DNA of 64,000 nucleotides from a virus (IMGVR_UViG_3300012943_000386:37662-101661), one strand, 5' to 3'. Positions 40,924-49,898 are shown, counted from the stretch's first letter. Translations and numbers: made by a program. The notes: generated by a model not told the origin, from the letters alone.

Positions 40924-41226
40924 TTACAAATCGTTCAAAACAACGGCTCTGAGCTTGCTGAGCTGGCCATCTGGAGCCTCGGCGTGGAACACCCACTTGA
41001 CGAAGCGGTCATCATCAGCCCTTTCGGCTTCTTTCAAAACGAAAAACAAAACACGACCGGTTTTACCCGATCGAATACCAAACCCAATATCGAGAGCATC
41101 TCCCCACAATGTTCGTAGGGCGCCAGGTACCTTTTTGATTGTTGACGTGAAGGTACCCGCTGCAGCATCGTACGTGAAGTCACTTGATGCGTAGATTTTG
41201 CCGGCGATTAGCCTACGCTGTTCCAC
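40924..41226 (-). CDS. hypothetical protein, paralog of 44368..44997
   Basis: Shares DFTYDAAAGTF...LWGDALDIGFGIRSGKTGRVLFF...LKAVVLND with the 209-aa protein upstream of the terminase. Confidence 0.45.
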   Translation of the reverse strand: MEQRRLIAGKIYASSDFTYDAAAGTFTSTIKKVPGALRTLWGDALDIGFGIRSGKTGRVLFFVLKEAERADDDRFVKWVFHAEAPDGQLSKLRAVVLNDL

Positions 41227-41488
41227 GCTGCGACCTACGAAGGTAGATCAGCATGCTGATCCATACCATGTTGGCAGCCATTATAGCAAGACCGCCAATG
41301 AATGAAAACCACTGGTCAAGGTGAGGGTAGAAAAACAAGTTCCACACCCCCCACGCCGCAAAGAAGATTGTAGACAGGATAGAGACACCGTGTGCCTGCT
41401 TGGATTTCCAGAGCACGCGACAGTGGTTGAGAATGAACAATGAGCCTAGCGCTTCGAAGGCGCCATTCACGAGGTCAGGGGTTGCCAT
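41213..41488 (-). CDS. small membrane protein (91 aa)
   Basis: ATG 41486-41488; three hydrophobic segments. Confidence 0.45.
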   Translation of the reverse strand: MATPDLVNGAFEALGSLFILNHCRVLWKSKQAHGVSILSTIFFAAWGVWNLFFYPHLDQWFSFIGGLAIMAANMVWISMLIYLRRSQRGTA

Positions 41489-41491
41489 TTA

Positions 41492-41513
41492 GATCTTCTT
41501 ATGATAGAAGATC
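41492..41513 (-). promoter_or_regulatory. perfect 8-bp-stem hairpin (GATCTTCT-tatgat-AGAAGATC) abutting the start codon of gene 41213..41488
   Basis: Palindromic on both strands. Lies between the terminase stop (41557) and ATG 41488, 3 nt from the ATG. No U-tract, so not a terminator. Confidence 0.35.
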
Positions 41514-41556
41514 CAATTGTAGCCTAAGCGCAACCTTGAATACAACCACGCATCAA

Positions 41557-43209
41557 TCAGAGGAATGTAAATGGTACAGGTTCATCGCCGAATTGGTCAT
41601 CGCCTTCCTTGATCACGTCGCTATCAGGGTCAACGCTCTCATAGACGATCTTGCGAGCACGCTCGTCGTAACCTGCAACGCGACCGAGCACCTTCATCAC
41701 GATGATCATTGCCATGATCGCGTCATCGGTAGTTCCTGCTTTCGCTTGGTACGTACCGCCCTTCGCTACGAAGTTCTGCAGCTCAAATAGCAGAAGGTCA
41801 GAATTGATCTTGATACCAAGCTCTGGACCTTTCTCGATGAGGTTCTTGAGCTGCATACATGAGAGGAGCTTTGTCTTGCCTGTAGTGTAGCAGCCTAGGC
41901 GCTTATCGCTCTCATTGAAGAGATCGACACCGTCAAGGTAGACGCCGCCATCCATAGCATCGTCGTTCTGGATCATGGCGACCAAGCTTTCACCTACGCC
42001 GTTGCGCTCGAACGACCACACGATGTCGGCCTTACCACCCTGCTGCCCTGTCTTTCTAAGGTACTTGAACAGCCACTTGAGCTTGGCGTAGATGAGCGGG
42101 ATGTTGACTGAGTTCAGGCGCAGCTCGGCCACCTGCTCCATCTTCGGGAACTCAACCACCTGGATGACCGTGAAGTCCTGACCGTTGCCTGTTCCAGGGT
42201 CGACGCCGACCATGTATGTCTTGCTGCGACCACCAATCTCCTCGTCGGTTCTCCAGAAGCGGAAGCCCATGTTCTTTGAAACAGGGGTGCGCGCCTTGAG
42301 GAACGAGAGCTTGAAGCTGTCGATAAGCATTGCGTCTGACGAGATGAACTCGCACAGCACTTCCTGACGGAAGCCGATTGGGCCAAGCTCGGCCTGCATC
42401 TGACGCAGGTAATTCTGGCCACGGTCTGGATGGCGGCTCCATGGGTAGAAGACCGGCTTGAAGGTGGTAACAGGCGTGCTGTCGGTGTCCTTCTTGGCCA
42501 TCTCTTCCGCTGGAATTTCAGTGACAGCGTCTGGGCCATTCTCATCGGCCTCGGAAACGTTGGCATTGCGCCACAGCGTTGCGAACAGATCGGTATCGCC
42601 GTTCGGTGTTGATGAGATGATGGCCTCACCACCGGTAGACAGCGTTGGTGCCAGCGAACGCCACATGGCGGTCTGAATGCGTGGGTTGATGAACGCCAAC
42701 TCGTCAAGGTACAGCTTGGAGATTGCGAGACCACGACCCGTCTTTTCGGTTGTGGCCTCTGATTTGATGCGCGAGCCGTTGTCAAACTCAATGTTGTGCT
42801 TGTTGTAGTAGCGACAACCGGCCTTGAGCCAGTGCGGCACTTCCTCGTACGCGAAGCGAATACGGTCCATGATTTCCATAGCGTGCGAGTTGTTCTTCGA
42901 CGCGATGACGATAGTCTTGTCCTTATGGAACATTGAGTACCAAAGGAGGAACATGGAGATTGTTTGCGTCTTACCCATCTGACGCGAGATGAGAGCGATA
43001 ACTCTCTTCTCTTCGTGGATCATCTTTACGAGCTCTTCCTGGTAGTCGTAAAGGTTGAAGAGCATCTTGCCCTTCGTTGGGTGCTGGAGCCAGACGTAGT
43101 TGCGGATGAAGTAAACCGGATCCTTCTGACAGCGTATCAGCTCTTGGATCTTGTCTGGAGTGTACTCGCTTTCGGCGTACGCTCGCTTGATGAGGTTGTT
43201 TCCGGCCAC
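41557..43209 (-). CDS. terminase large subunit (T4 gp17-like)
   Basis: Walker A ISRQMGKTQ, ATPase coupling, C-terminal RNaseH-like nuclease. ATG 43207-43209. Confidence 0.85.
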   Translation of the reverse strand: MAGNNLIKRAYAESEYTPDKIQELIRCQKDPVYFIRNYVWLQHPTKGKMLFNLYDYQEELVKMIHEEKRVIALISRQMGKTQTISMFLLWYSMFHKDKTIVIASKNNSHAMEIMDRIRFAYEEVPHWLKAGCRYYNKHNIEFDNGSRIKSEATTEKTGRGLAISKLYLDELAFINPRIQTAMWRSLAPTLSTGGEAIISSTPNGDTDLFATLWRNANVSEADENGPDAVTEIPAEEMAKKDTDSTPVTTFKPVFYPWSRHPDRGQNYLRQMQAELGPIGFRQEVLCEFISSDAMLIDSFKLSFLKARTPVSKNMGFRFWRTDEEIGGRSKTYMVGVDPGTGNGQDFTVIQVVEFPKMEQVAELRLNSVNIPLIYAKLKWLFKYLRKTGQQGGKADIVWSFERNGVGESLVAMIQNDDAMDGGVYLDGVDLFNESDKRLGCYTTGKTKLLSCMQLKNLIEKGPELGIKINSDLLLFELQNFVAKGGTYQAKAGTTDDAIMAMIIVMKVLGRVAGYDERARKIVYESVDPDSDVIKEGDDQFGDEPVPFTFL

Positions 43210-43261
43210 TATGTCTCCTATGGCGGGGACACGTCTGACGTTTTACCTAACCCGCAGGTTA

Positions 43262-43270
43262 GTATTTAAT
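43262..43270 (-). promoter_or_regulatory. late-like motif ATTAAATAC (weaker)
   Basis: ~55 nt upstream of the terminase ATG 43209. Confidence 0.25.
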
Positions 43271-43276
43271 CAGCGC

Positions 43277-43555
43277 TCAACCTAAGAGTACGTCGGAGCC
43301 ACCGATTTCAAGCGTGGCGGCAGTCTTGACATCGCGCCGGACGACGGCGTAGCGCGTGAGCTCCTTCTGGAGGAACTTTACCTGTTCTGGTTTTGGTTGC
43401 ACCTTGTGCTTAGCAACGTAGCGCTCAACGGCTGACTTCGTCATGTGGTCGATAACATCGCTGTAGTGCTGAACGCGAGCCTGATCGACAGTTGCGTGCA
43501 TGCGAATTGGTCTGCCCTCATCGTCATGAACGCCAATGCCGTCAATCCGGTTCAT
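43277..43555 (-). CDS. hypothetical protein (92 aa), possible small terminase-associated
   Basis: ORF track; immediately upstream of the large terminase. Confidence 0.35.
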   Translation of the reverse strand: MNRIDGIGVHDDEGRPIRMHATVDQARVQHYSDVIDHMTKSAVERYVAKHKVQPKPEQVKFLQKELTRYAVVRRDVKTAATLEIGGSDVLLG

Positions 43556-43914
43556 AGTGCTTTGGTGATCTTTTTCTCAGTTGCCTGGAGTGAGCGCAGT
43601 GCGCCCTTCGTCTTGAGATGGCGGTACGCCCATGTCTTGCGGCTTAGTTCACCAATGAGCGCGCGAACCTGCTCATCTGAGACGCACTCTGACAGCTCTT
43701 CAGCCAGCATGTACTCTTCAAACGAGATGCCTTCTTTCTTGATGCCCATCATCTTCTTGGTGATACCGACAACAAGTGCCCAGAACTTTGGGCTCTTTTC
43801 CTTGTGCTTGTATTCCTTGCGGACGATCTCTTTGGCCTTTTCCCAGTAATGTTCAGCCTTTGACATTGGAATGTCGGCCTGGGCTGCGAGGGATTTTAGT
43901 GATGCTGCTGGCAT
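43552..43914 (-). CDS. hypothetical basic protein (120 aa)
   Basis: ORF track. Confidence 0.4.
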   Translation of the reverse strand: MPAASLKSLAAQADIPMSKAEHYWEKAKEIVRKEYKHKEKSPKFWALVVGITKKMMGIKKEGISFEEYMLAEELSECVSDEQVRALIGELSRKTWAYRHLKTKGALRSLQATEKKITKAL

Positions 43915-43917
43915 GGC

Positions 43918-44358
43918 TTACTGGCGGCAGAGTTGCTTCCAGATGACGAGCGGCATCTGGGCAATGTCAGTGTAGAGCTTGTCACCGCCACGGCGGAGAA
44001 CCACCTGCTCATTTGGCAGAAGGATTACCTTGTAGTCGCCAGCCTTTGAGATGACCTTTGGATCGTCGGTGCCTTCGGCCTCGGCATCAGCGTCTTCGCC
44101 TTGCTCAGTGATGTCAGCATCCTCAAGCGTTGGAACATGGTGAAGCTTGATGACGTTCCTAAGCGCCTCGTCGCTGAGTGCCTTCGTGATACCGTCCTTG
44201 TCATCTTTCCTGAGCTGCTGCACGATCTGAGCTACTTCAACATCAGTGAAAGTGCGCTTCTTTTTGAGGCGATCATTGAGGTGAACGAGGTCAGCAATGC
44301 GCTTGGCAGTTGTGTCGCCATCAGCGACTAGCCCGTGAAGTTCTTTTAGAATAGACAT
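43918..44358 (-). CDS. hypothetical acidic protein (146 aa)
   Basis: ORF track. Confidence 0.4.
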   Translation of the reverse strand: MSILKELHGLVADGDTTAKRIADLVHLNDRLKKKRTFTDVEVAQIVQQLRKDDKDGITKALSDEALRNVIKLHHVPTLEDADITEQGEDADAEAEGTDDPKVISKAGDYKVILLPNEQVVLRRGGDKLYTDIAQMPLVIWKQLCRQ

Positions 44359-44367
44359 GGTTTGCCC

Positions 44368-44997
44368 TTAATCGTTGAAGATCACGGCCTTCAGACCGTG
44401 AAGCGCTGGATCGTTCTTTGGGTTGAAGACCGTAAATGACCAATGCGTGATGTCATCATCCCTGTCGCGATGCGTTTGGTCCTGCGTAAACAGCACAACG
44501 TTTCCGGTGTTCTGAGACTTGATACCAAAGCCGCTGTCCGCTGCATCGTTCCACAGCTGACCAAATGCATGATGTCCAAGGCTGCTGTCTTCTGCAGAGA
44601 ATGTTTTTGTCGCGGCGTCATAGGTGAACTGACGCGATGAGTGAATTGGGCCGATAACATTGTGCGCCACTGCCTCACCAACAACCGACGTGATTACCTG
44701 CTCAGCAACCTCAGCAGTGTCATTGATGAAGAAGTACGTTGACTTGCGGTTGAGCTCCCTTGGCGGGGTGGCTCGTGCAAATTCCTTACCGTTGTACGTG
44801 AACAGCTCAACAACCCATGGGCCTTCAGGCGTGTCGACAAACTTATGTGACATGCGCTTCGCCTTCATGAGCGTCGTTGTATCGACCTCAGAGGTATCAT
44901 GGAGCTCATCTGTTCCTAGCACGTGCTGAGCGGCCTTGAGAACTCTGCTCTCAACAGCTGCTTCAGAAACGAACGCCTTAAATGAAAGTCTGCTCAC
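44368..44997 (-). CDS. hypothetical protein, paralog of 40924..41226
   Basis: QFTYDAATKTF...LWNDAADSGFGIKSQNTGNVVLF...LKAVIFND. Confidence 0.5.
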   Translation of the reverse strand: MSRLSFKAFVSEAAVESRVLKAAQHVLGTDELHDTSEVDTTTLMKAKRMSHKFVDTPEGPWVVELFTYNGKEFARATPPRELNRKSTYFFINDTAEVAEQVITSVVGEAVAHNVIGPIHSSRQFTYDAATKTFSAEDSSLGHHAFGQLWNDAADSGFGIKSQNTGNVVLFTQDQTHRDRDDDITHWSFTVFNPKNDPALHGLKAVIFND

Positions 44998-45305
44998 TCG
45001 CCGCCTCCACCTTCACCACCGCCATCACCAGCAGGCGCTGAAAAGCTGCCTGGAGCCGGTGGAGGTGGTGGACCGTCTGGAGCCGGCTGAGTGCCGTGCG
45101 CATGGCAATTGTGGCCAATGCCACCAGCCCATGGACGACCAGGAATGAAGCGAGGTCCCAGCCAACCCATGTAGTACGGTGGGTACTTTGGTGTGGCTGA
45201 TTTCTTTTTCTTCTTGGCCTTCTTCTTTTTCTTCTTGGCCTCGCTCAAAAGATCTTCAGGCGTACCATCGATTTCGAGGTACTCTTTGAATGTTGTGTTA
45301 TCCAT
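44994..45305 (-). CDS. low-complexity Lys-rich / Pro-Gly-rich protein
   Basis: ORF track 44994..45398 trimmed to MDNTTFKEY. EAKKKKKKAKKKKKSATPK...PPPPPAPG...GGGEGGGGE. Coding DNA contains a direct repeat (tttttcttcttggcc x2). Confidence 0.4.
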   Translation of the reverse strand: MDNTTFKEYLEIDGTPEDLLSEAKKKKKKAKKKKKSATPKYPPYYMGWLGPRFIPGRPWAGGIGHNCHAHGTQPAPDGPPPPPAPGSFSAPAGDGGGEGGGGE

Positions 45306-47991
45306 ACAGGTTCCCAGCTGGTTCCTCAGAAATTGTACCGCTATCCCACACCACTTCATACGCATCATCGAGGACGTCTTGAACGATGCCGTATTCACCT
45401 TTGTGCTTACCGGCTATCCCTTCAACCTTATCGCCAATTCGAAATGTTGCGTCGAGGGTTTCACTCAACACTTTACCTTCGTTGGTGCTTTCGTCCCACT
45501 CACCAAACACCTTGTCTCCAAGTGAGGCGATGACTGTGGTCTTCTCACCTTCCATCTTGGCGCGGAACTTGATGTCCTTGGCCTGCGCAGGGAACGAGAG
45601 CCTGATTGTTTGCTTCCAGTCAGAGTAGTTCGTGTAGACTGAATTCTCCTTCACGTCACCAACTGGTACCACCTTTGCGTCGACAACGCTTGGGAAGAAG
45701 GCGCCCTTGTCAGTGTAGACACGACCCGTGCTGGCCTCAGTGTGGCCTGGAACCCAGTCATTGACTGTGTGTTCATCGCCGCGGAAGTCCTTACGCTTGT
45801 CACCGACCTTGATTACCTTACCGGTGTTGATGTCAACAAGCTTGTGGGTCTTCTGGAAGTTGGCCTCAACGATCGTAGTAGGAACAGCCACAAAGCGCTC
45901 ACCATGGTTGAGCTCCCAGCGGGCGTTGCTGTCTTTAGCGATCTCGTCTGCGTCTTCCTTTGACTTGAAGCGATATGCATCCTTTGGCTCTGGCACTAGG
46001 TCCTCATCATCGCCGGCAAAGTAACCTTTGATTGTGGAGCCATCGCGCAGAGCGAGAATGTGAGTATCGCTCACCTCTTCATTGAGCGACTTGAGGAAGT
46101 CAAGGACCTGCTCTTCAGTTCCATGAGTGCGTGAGTGATGTGCGTAGCGACGCCATTCTTCGAGCGTCTCTTCTTCTGGACCCCAACCGCCCGACCAGCT
46201 CTTATAGTTGGCGACGATCTCTTTTTTCTGCTTGAAGGTCAGAGGCTTTGATAGATCCTCTGCTTCCTTGATTTTCTTGACTTCATGGCAGAGCGGGGTG
46301 ATAAGGCCACCATCGTCTAGCTCAACGAAGAACTGCGAGGTGCCGCCGTGGTTGCTCACCATCGCGGTTTTTACAACCCTGCCGGTCTTGCCTACGTGGG
46401 CGGCGATGCCGTGTGTCTGAACGCGGTCCTTCTTGGAAGGCTTGATCACCTTGACGCGATCGCTGACCTTGATCTGGCCCTCATCGAGGTTCTCTTCCTT
46501 GAGACCGAGGACCTTGTCTGCAAACTCTTCAGCGGTCTTGCCACTGTTGATTGCCTCAAGGGCGCGACGAGAAAGAAAAGGTTTGATTTTGTTGAGTGCC
46601 TCAATGGCGCGCTCAATGAGCTCTTCATCTTCCGACTGAAGCGCGTAATCATAGTCTGAGTAGAGCTTCTGAAGGCGCTTTGCCTTTGATGGCATGCCTT
46701 CGCTTACAGAACGCACGGCCTCTTGCAGCTTGCCCCAGTTGTGGGCAACATGCTCTTCAGCTTCTTGTGCGTTGTAGAACGGACCTTCAATCTCCACGCT
46801 GCGTGGGTAGCTGCGGCCGATAGTGGCGCGAATATCATCAGGCGAAAGGAACGCCTCGTATGAATGGCCCCAACGATATTCAGGCTTGCCCTTGTGCGGC
46901 TTCTCGTGCCACTTACCGCCGTGCTCTTTGCTGACAAGGCCGATCCATGGACGCTCTTCGTCGTGGTCGTAGAACGCAAGGAAGAACTTCGTTGGCTCTG
47001 ATGGAGCAACAGTCTCCTGCTCGCGTGCCTCGCGCTCAGTAACATCTGATGAATGGAATGAGTGTTCACCACCGTCATCAAGCTTGACGACAACGAACTT
47101 CTTGTCCTTGCCGAAGCGCGCGACGGTACCTGGTTCACCCTTGAAGTTCACATGGCCGGTGATGACAACCTTATCACCAAGCTCAAGCTGATCAGCGGTG
47201 CGGCCGCCCTTTGCAGGGCGAATAATCTCTGGCTCTCCCTCAATGTCGGCAGCGACGGCGTGAAGCTCTGATGCTTCAGCGACGGCCTGATGAGTGTGGA
47301 GCGAGTGTGGGTGTGAAACGTTGTTGTGGGCGAGGAGCTTGTTGATCGCCTCGTCCTTATTCTTCAGGAACTCGAACTTCTTCTTGGTACCGTCATCAAC
47401 GGCATTCCAGCTTCCCTTTCTGTTGAACACGTGGCCTAGGTGACGACCCTTGTAGCTGACGTTGAAGCCTTGAGCGGCACCGTCAGAGATGATCTTGACA
47501 TGCGGGCTCTGTGTTGCCTCGCCAACTGCCTTTCTTAGGACAAGCTGAATGAACTTACGTTCGTATGGCAGCGTCATGAAGTTATCACCGCCAAGGTAGA
47601 TCTTATCGCCATCAACGCGCTTCACTTCCATTCGCTCGCCATATGTTGAGCGACTTGGATCTTGGGCAACTACGACATCGCCAGCATTTAGCTTCTCAGT
47701 AGAGCCAAGCTTTGCCTCGCCAACCGAGGCGCGCGATGGTGCTGCGTCGGTGCGAACGGATGTTGCTGGGGTAATCGTCTTCCTACCTTCTGCAAAGCCA
47801 GCGTCATATGCGGCACGCAGGGACTTTTCCATGTTCGTCGTGTCGATCGCGCTGCCACCTTCGCTACCATGCTTGTAGCCAGCATTGTACGTGCGGGCAT
47901 GAGCCAGGTCCTTGGTGAACTCAGCAGGAATGTGATGAGTTCCTTCCCGGATCAGGTTGAGAAGATCGGACAGTTCTCTAAGCAATTTCAT
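45298..47991 (-). CDS. large hypothetical protein (897 aa) with >=5 KOW/SH3-like repeats
   Basis: Repeated GDxVxVxxxxxxxGxxGxVxxV units (AGDVVVAQDP..., LGDKVVITGHV..., SDRVKVIKPS..., VGDKRKDF..., IGDKVEGIAGKHKGEYGIVQDV...). Late motif upstream. Not coiled-coil, so not a tape-measure type. Confidence 0.55.
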   Translation of the reverse strand: MKLLRELSDLLNLIREGTHHIPAEFTKDLAHARTYNAGYKHGSEGGSAIDTTNMEKSLRAAYDAGFAEGRKTITPATSVRTDAAPSRASVGEAKLGSTEKLNAGDVVVAQDPSRSTYGERMEVKRVDGDKIYLGGDNFMTLPYERKFIQLVLRKAVGEATQSPHVKIISDGAAQGFNVSYKGRHLGHVFNRKGSWNAVDDGTKKKFEFLKNKDEAINKLLAHNNVSHPHSLHTHQAVAEASELHAVAADIEGEPEIIRPAKGGRTADQLELGDKVVITGHVNFKGEPGTVARFGKDKKFVVVKLDDGGEHSFHSSDVTEREAREQETVAPSEPTKFFLAFYDHDEERPWIGLVSKEHGGKWHEKPHKGKPEYRWGHSYEAFLSPDDIRATIGRSYPRSVEIEGPFYNAQEAEEHVAHNWGKLQEAVRSVSEGMPSKAKRLQKLYSDYDYALQSEDEELIERAIEALNKIKPFLSRRALEAINSGKTAEEFADKVLGLKEENLDEGQIKVSDRVKVIKPSKKDRVQTHGIAAHVGKTGRVVKTAMVSNHGGTSQFFVELDDGGLITPLCHEVKKIKEAEDLSKPLTFKQKKEIVANYKSWSGGWGPEEETLEEWRRYAHHSRTHGTEEQVLDFLKSLNEEVSDTHILALRDGSTIKGYFAGDDEDLVPEPKDAYRFKSKEDADEIAKDSNARWELNHGERFVAVPTTIVEANFQKTHKLVDINTGKVIKVGDKRKDFRGDEHTVNDWVPGHTEASTGRVYTDKGAFFPSVVDAKVVPVGDVKENSVYTNYSDWKQTIRLSFPAQAKDIKFRAKMEGEKTTVIASLGDKVFGEWDESTNEGKVLSETLDATFRIGDKVEGIAGKHKGEYGIVQDVLDDAYEVVWDSGTISEEPAGNLYG

Positions 47992-48017
47992 GTGAAAGAA
48001 GCTCCTATCATTGCCTT

Positions 48018-48026
48018 CTATTTATC
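48018..48026 (-). promoter_or_regulatory. late promoter motif GATAAATAG
   Basis: 27 nt upstream of the 897-aa gene start 47991. Confidence 0.4.
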
Positions 48027-48056
48027 TCGGCTGCGGTCGGTCAGTCTACCCGGAGC

Positions 48057-48530
48057 TCAAACCGGCTTCTTTTCACCATCGACAGACACCATCTTGAGGA
48101 TCTCTTCACGGCTGGCGATCACCACGTTAGTCGTGCTGCGCCCGGCGCCACCATGAGGGATGAAAACCTGGTTGGCGCGCTTGCGGTCGACCTTTACCTT
48201 CGACCGACCCATCGTTGCCTGTAGGGCCAAGCCGAGGAAGTTGGCTGCCACCTCCGCGTTACGGGCGGCGTATCGAGGGTCAATGATTTCAATGTGCGCG
48301 GTCTGATTTTGATAGGCCTCGAGAGCTGCCTCATACACTGTGTCTAGGCGCTGGTCAACGATGATGTCGTCAGCGTCCTTTGGATCTGGCGGTGCTTCAA
48401 TTGGTGCACCAGGCGCGGCCACTGCCTGTGCCGATGGCGGCAGCTCAGCGATAGCGTACTCTGCTTCAATATCGATCGCGTCATCAGCGTCGACGTTGAA
48501 CACCTTATCAAGTGGGTGCTGTTGTGTCAT
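48057..48530 (-). CDS. hypothetical protein (157 aa)
   Basis: ORF track. Confidence 0.45.
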   Translation of the reverse strand: MTQQHPLDKVFNVDADDAIDIEAEYAIAELPPSAQAVAAPGAPIEAPPDPKDADDIIVDQRLDTVYEAALEAYQNQTAHIEIIDPRYAARNAEVAANFLGLALQATMGRSKVKVDRKRANQVFIPHGGAGRSTTNVVIASREEILKMVSVDGEKKPV

Positions 48531-49003
48531 CTCGTTCCTCCTGTCTTACGAGCAGGTTTTGTGCCTTTGGTTCGCTTGGTCTGCTTTGTAGACCTATGGC
48601 GGTAAAGCTGCTTCTCTGTTATGATCCTAAACCTTGCGCCGATGGACTTCGCAAAGCGGTCGGCGGCCTGCCACTTTGCGGCGTTCTTCACTAGCTCAAG
48701 CTTGTCGTACGTTGACCCTGCATGCTCAAGCACTGCCTCTTTTAGCGGCTTGATCTCGACAAGGTCAATTGATCCATCACGATACTGAATGAGAAAATCT
48801 GGCCAGTAACTGTGCACCTTACGATCGATAGGGCTGACGTAGTTGATATTTAGCGTCTTCGGCTCACTCACCCATTTGTTTACCAACGTCGAGGTGTCTA
48901 GCGCCTGCATGTAAATCAGCTCAAGCTTCGAGCGAGCTGAAATGCGGCGAGGATCACCAGCGTACTTGCTTGGGTTCCTAGGGGTGTAGAGATACTTTCC
49001 CAT
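48527..49003 (-). CDS. PD-(D/E)xK nuclease, T7 endonuclease I (Holliday-junction resolvase)-like, paralog A
   Basis: HSYWPDFLIQYRDGSIDLVEIKP matches T7 endo I HTYTPDFLLPNGIFVETKG (PD...E-x-K). Confidence 0.5.
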   Translation of the reverse strand: MGKYLYTPRNPSKYAGDPRRISARSKLELIYMQALDTSTLVNKWVSEPKTLNINYVSPIDRKVHSYWPDFLIQYRDGSIDLVEIKPLKEAVLEHAGSTYDKLELVKNAAKWQAADRFAKSIGARFRIITEKQLYRHRSTKQTKRTKGTKPARKTGGTR

Positions 49004-49483
49004 TTACTTCCATGGATTTGGTTCTGCTACTACCTTACCATCCTTGACGGTGTAGAACGCGCTGTGGTGCGGCTGCTTGCCGGCGGCAAGCTCGCGCTTG
49101 GCATCACTGATGTTATCGCGTGCCGTGTCAGCCCATGCGCTGACGAGATATCCGTTGTAGCTTGTGCCGTAGCGCTTGCGCATGACACGGTCAACGTCCT
49201 TGATCGAAAGATTGTGGTGCTCAAGGAAGTTGATGAAGTGATCCATCGGATCACCATCAGGGAACGACGTTGAAATGGCGGCCTCAACCTTGCTCAACAG
49301 CACAGTGTCAAGGTGCTCGCGGTGTTCTGCCTTAGACTTTTTCGCTGGCTTTTCAGCTGCCGGCTTCTTCACCTTCAACGCCTTCAGCTTGGCCTTGTTC
49401 TCGGCTGCCCATTGCTTGAACGTGGTGCTCTCACATAGCTCTTGTAGCTTCATTGATCTTCTCCAGCTTGCGCTTCTTCTCAC
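49004..49483 (-). CDS. hypothetical basic protein
   Basis: ORF track; likely start MKLQEL. Confidence 0.4.
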   Translation of the reverse strand: MRRSASWRRSMKLQELCESTTFKQWAAENKAKLKALKVKKPAAEKPAKKSKAEHREHLDTVLLSKVEAAISTSFPDGDPMDHFINFLEHHNLSIKDVDRVMRKRYGTSYNGYLVSAWADTARDNISDAKRELAAGKQPHHSAFYTVKDGKVVAEPNPWK

Positions 49484-49898
49484 CTTGGTAGAAGAGCGAT
49501 TTTTCAGTTAGTACCATGAACCCGAGGCCGTGCTGCTCACAGAATATCTGTGCTGCCTTCCACTTAGCATCATTGACGCCTACTGCCTCAATTGCCCTGT
49601 CGTGCTTGGCCTTCTTTATGTCCGTCTCGTGCAGCGGCTTGATCTCAAGCAACCACTTCTTAACCGTTCCATCCCTATCCTTAATCTCAGCGAAAAAGTC
49701 CGGGATGTAAGTGTGGACCCTTCCGTCTGTTGGCTTGATGTAGGCGATCTGAATTTCTTCACTCCCCCACTTCAGCACCGAAGATCTGCTGTCAAGCCAC
49801 CTCATCGCATAGTGCTCCCATGAGGAGCGCCACATAATCCTGTCTACGTCTCCAACGTACTTATCAGGAAACCGCGGGATGAAGCGACCGTATGCCAT
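49431..49898 (-). CDS. PD-(D/E)xK nuclease, T7 endonuclease I-like, paralog B
   Basis: HTYIPDFFAEIKDRDGTVKKWLLEIKP. Collinear with paralog A. Confidence 0.5.
   Translation of the reverse strand: MAYGRFIPRFPDKYVGDVDRIMWRSSWEHYAMRWLDSRSSVLKWGSEEIQIAYIKPTDGRVHTYIPDFFAEIKDRDGTVKKWLLEIKPLHETDIKKAKHDRAIEAVGVNDAKWKAAQIFCEQHGLGFMVLTEKSLFYQGEKKRKLEKINEATRAM

Noticed and set aside
45190-45250. Tandem nucleotide repeat tttttcttcttggcc x2
   Set aside because: It is not an independent repeat element. It sits in-frame within a gene and encodes the poly-Lys tract.
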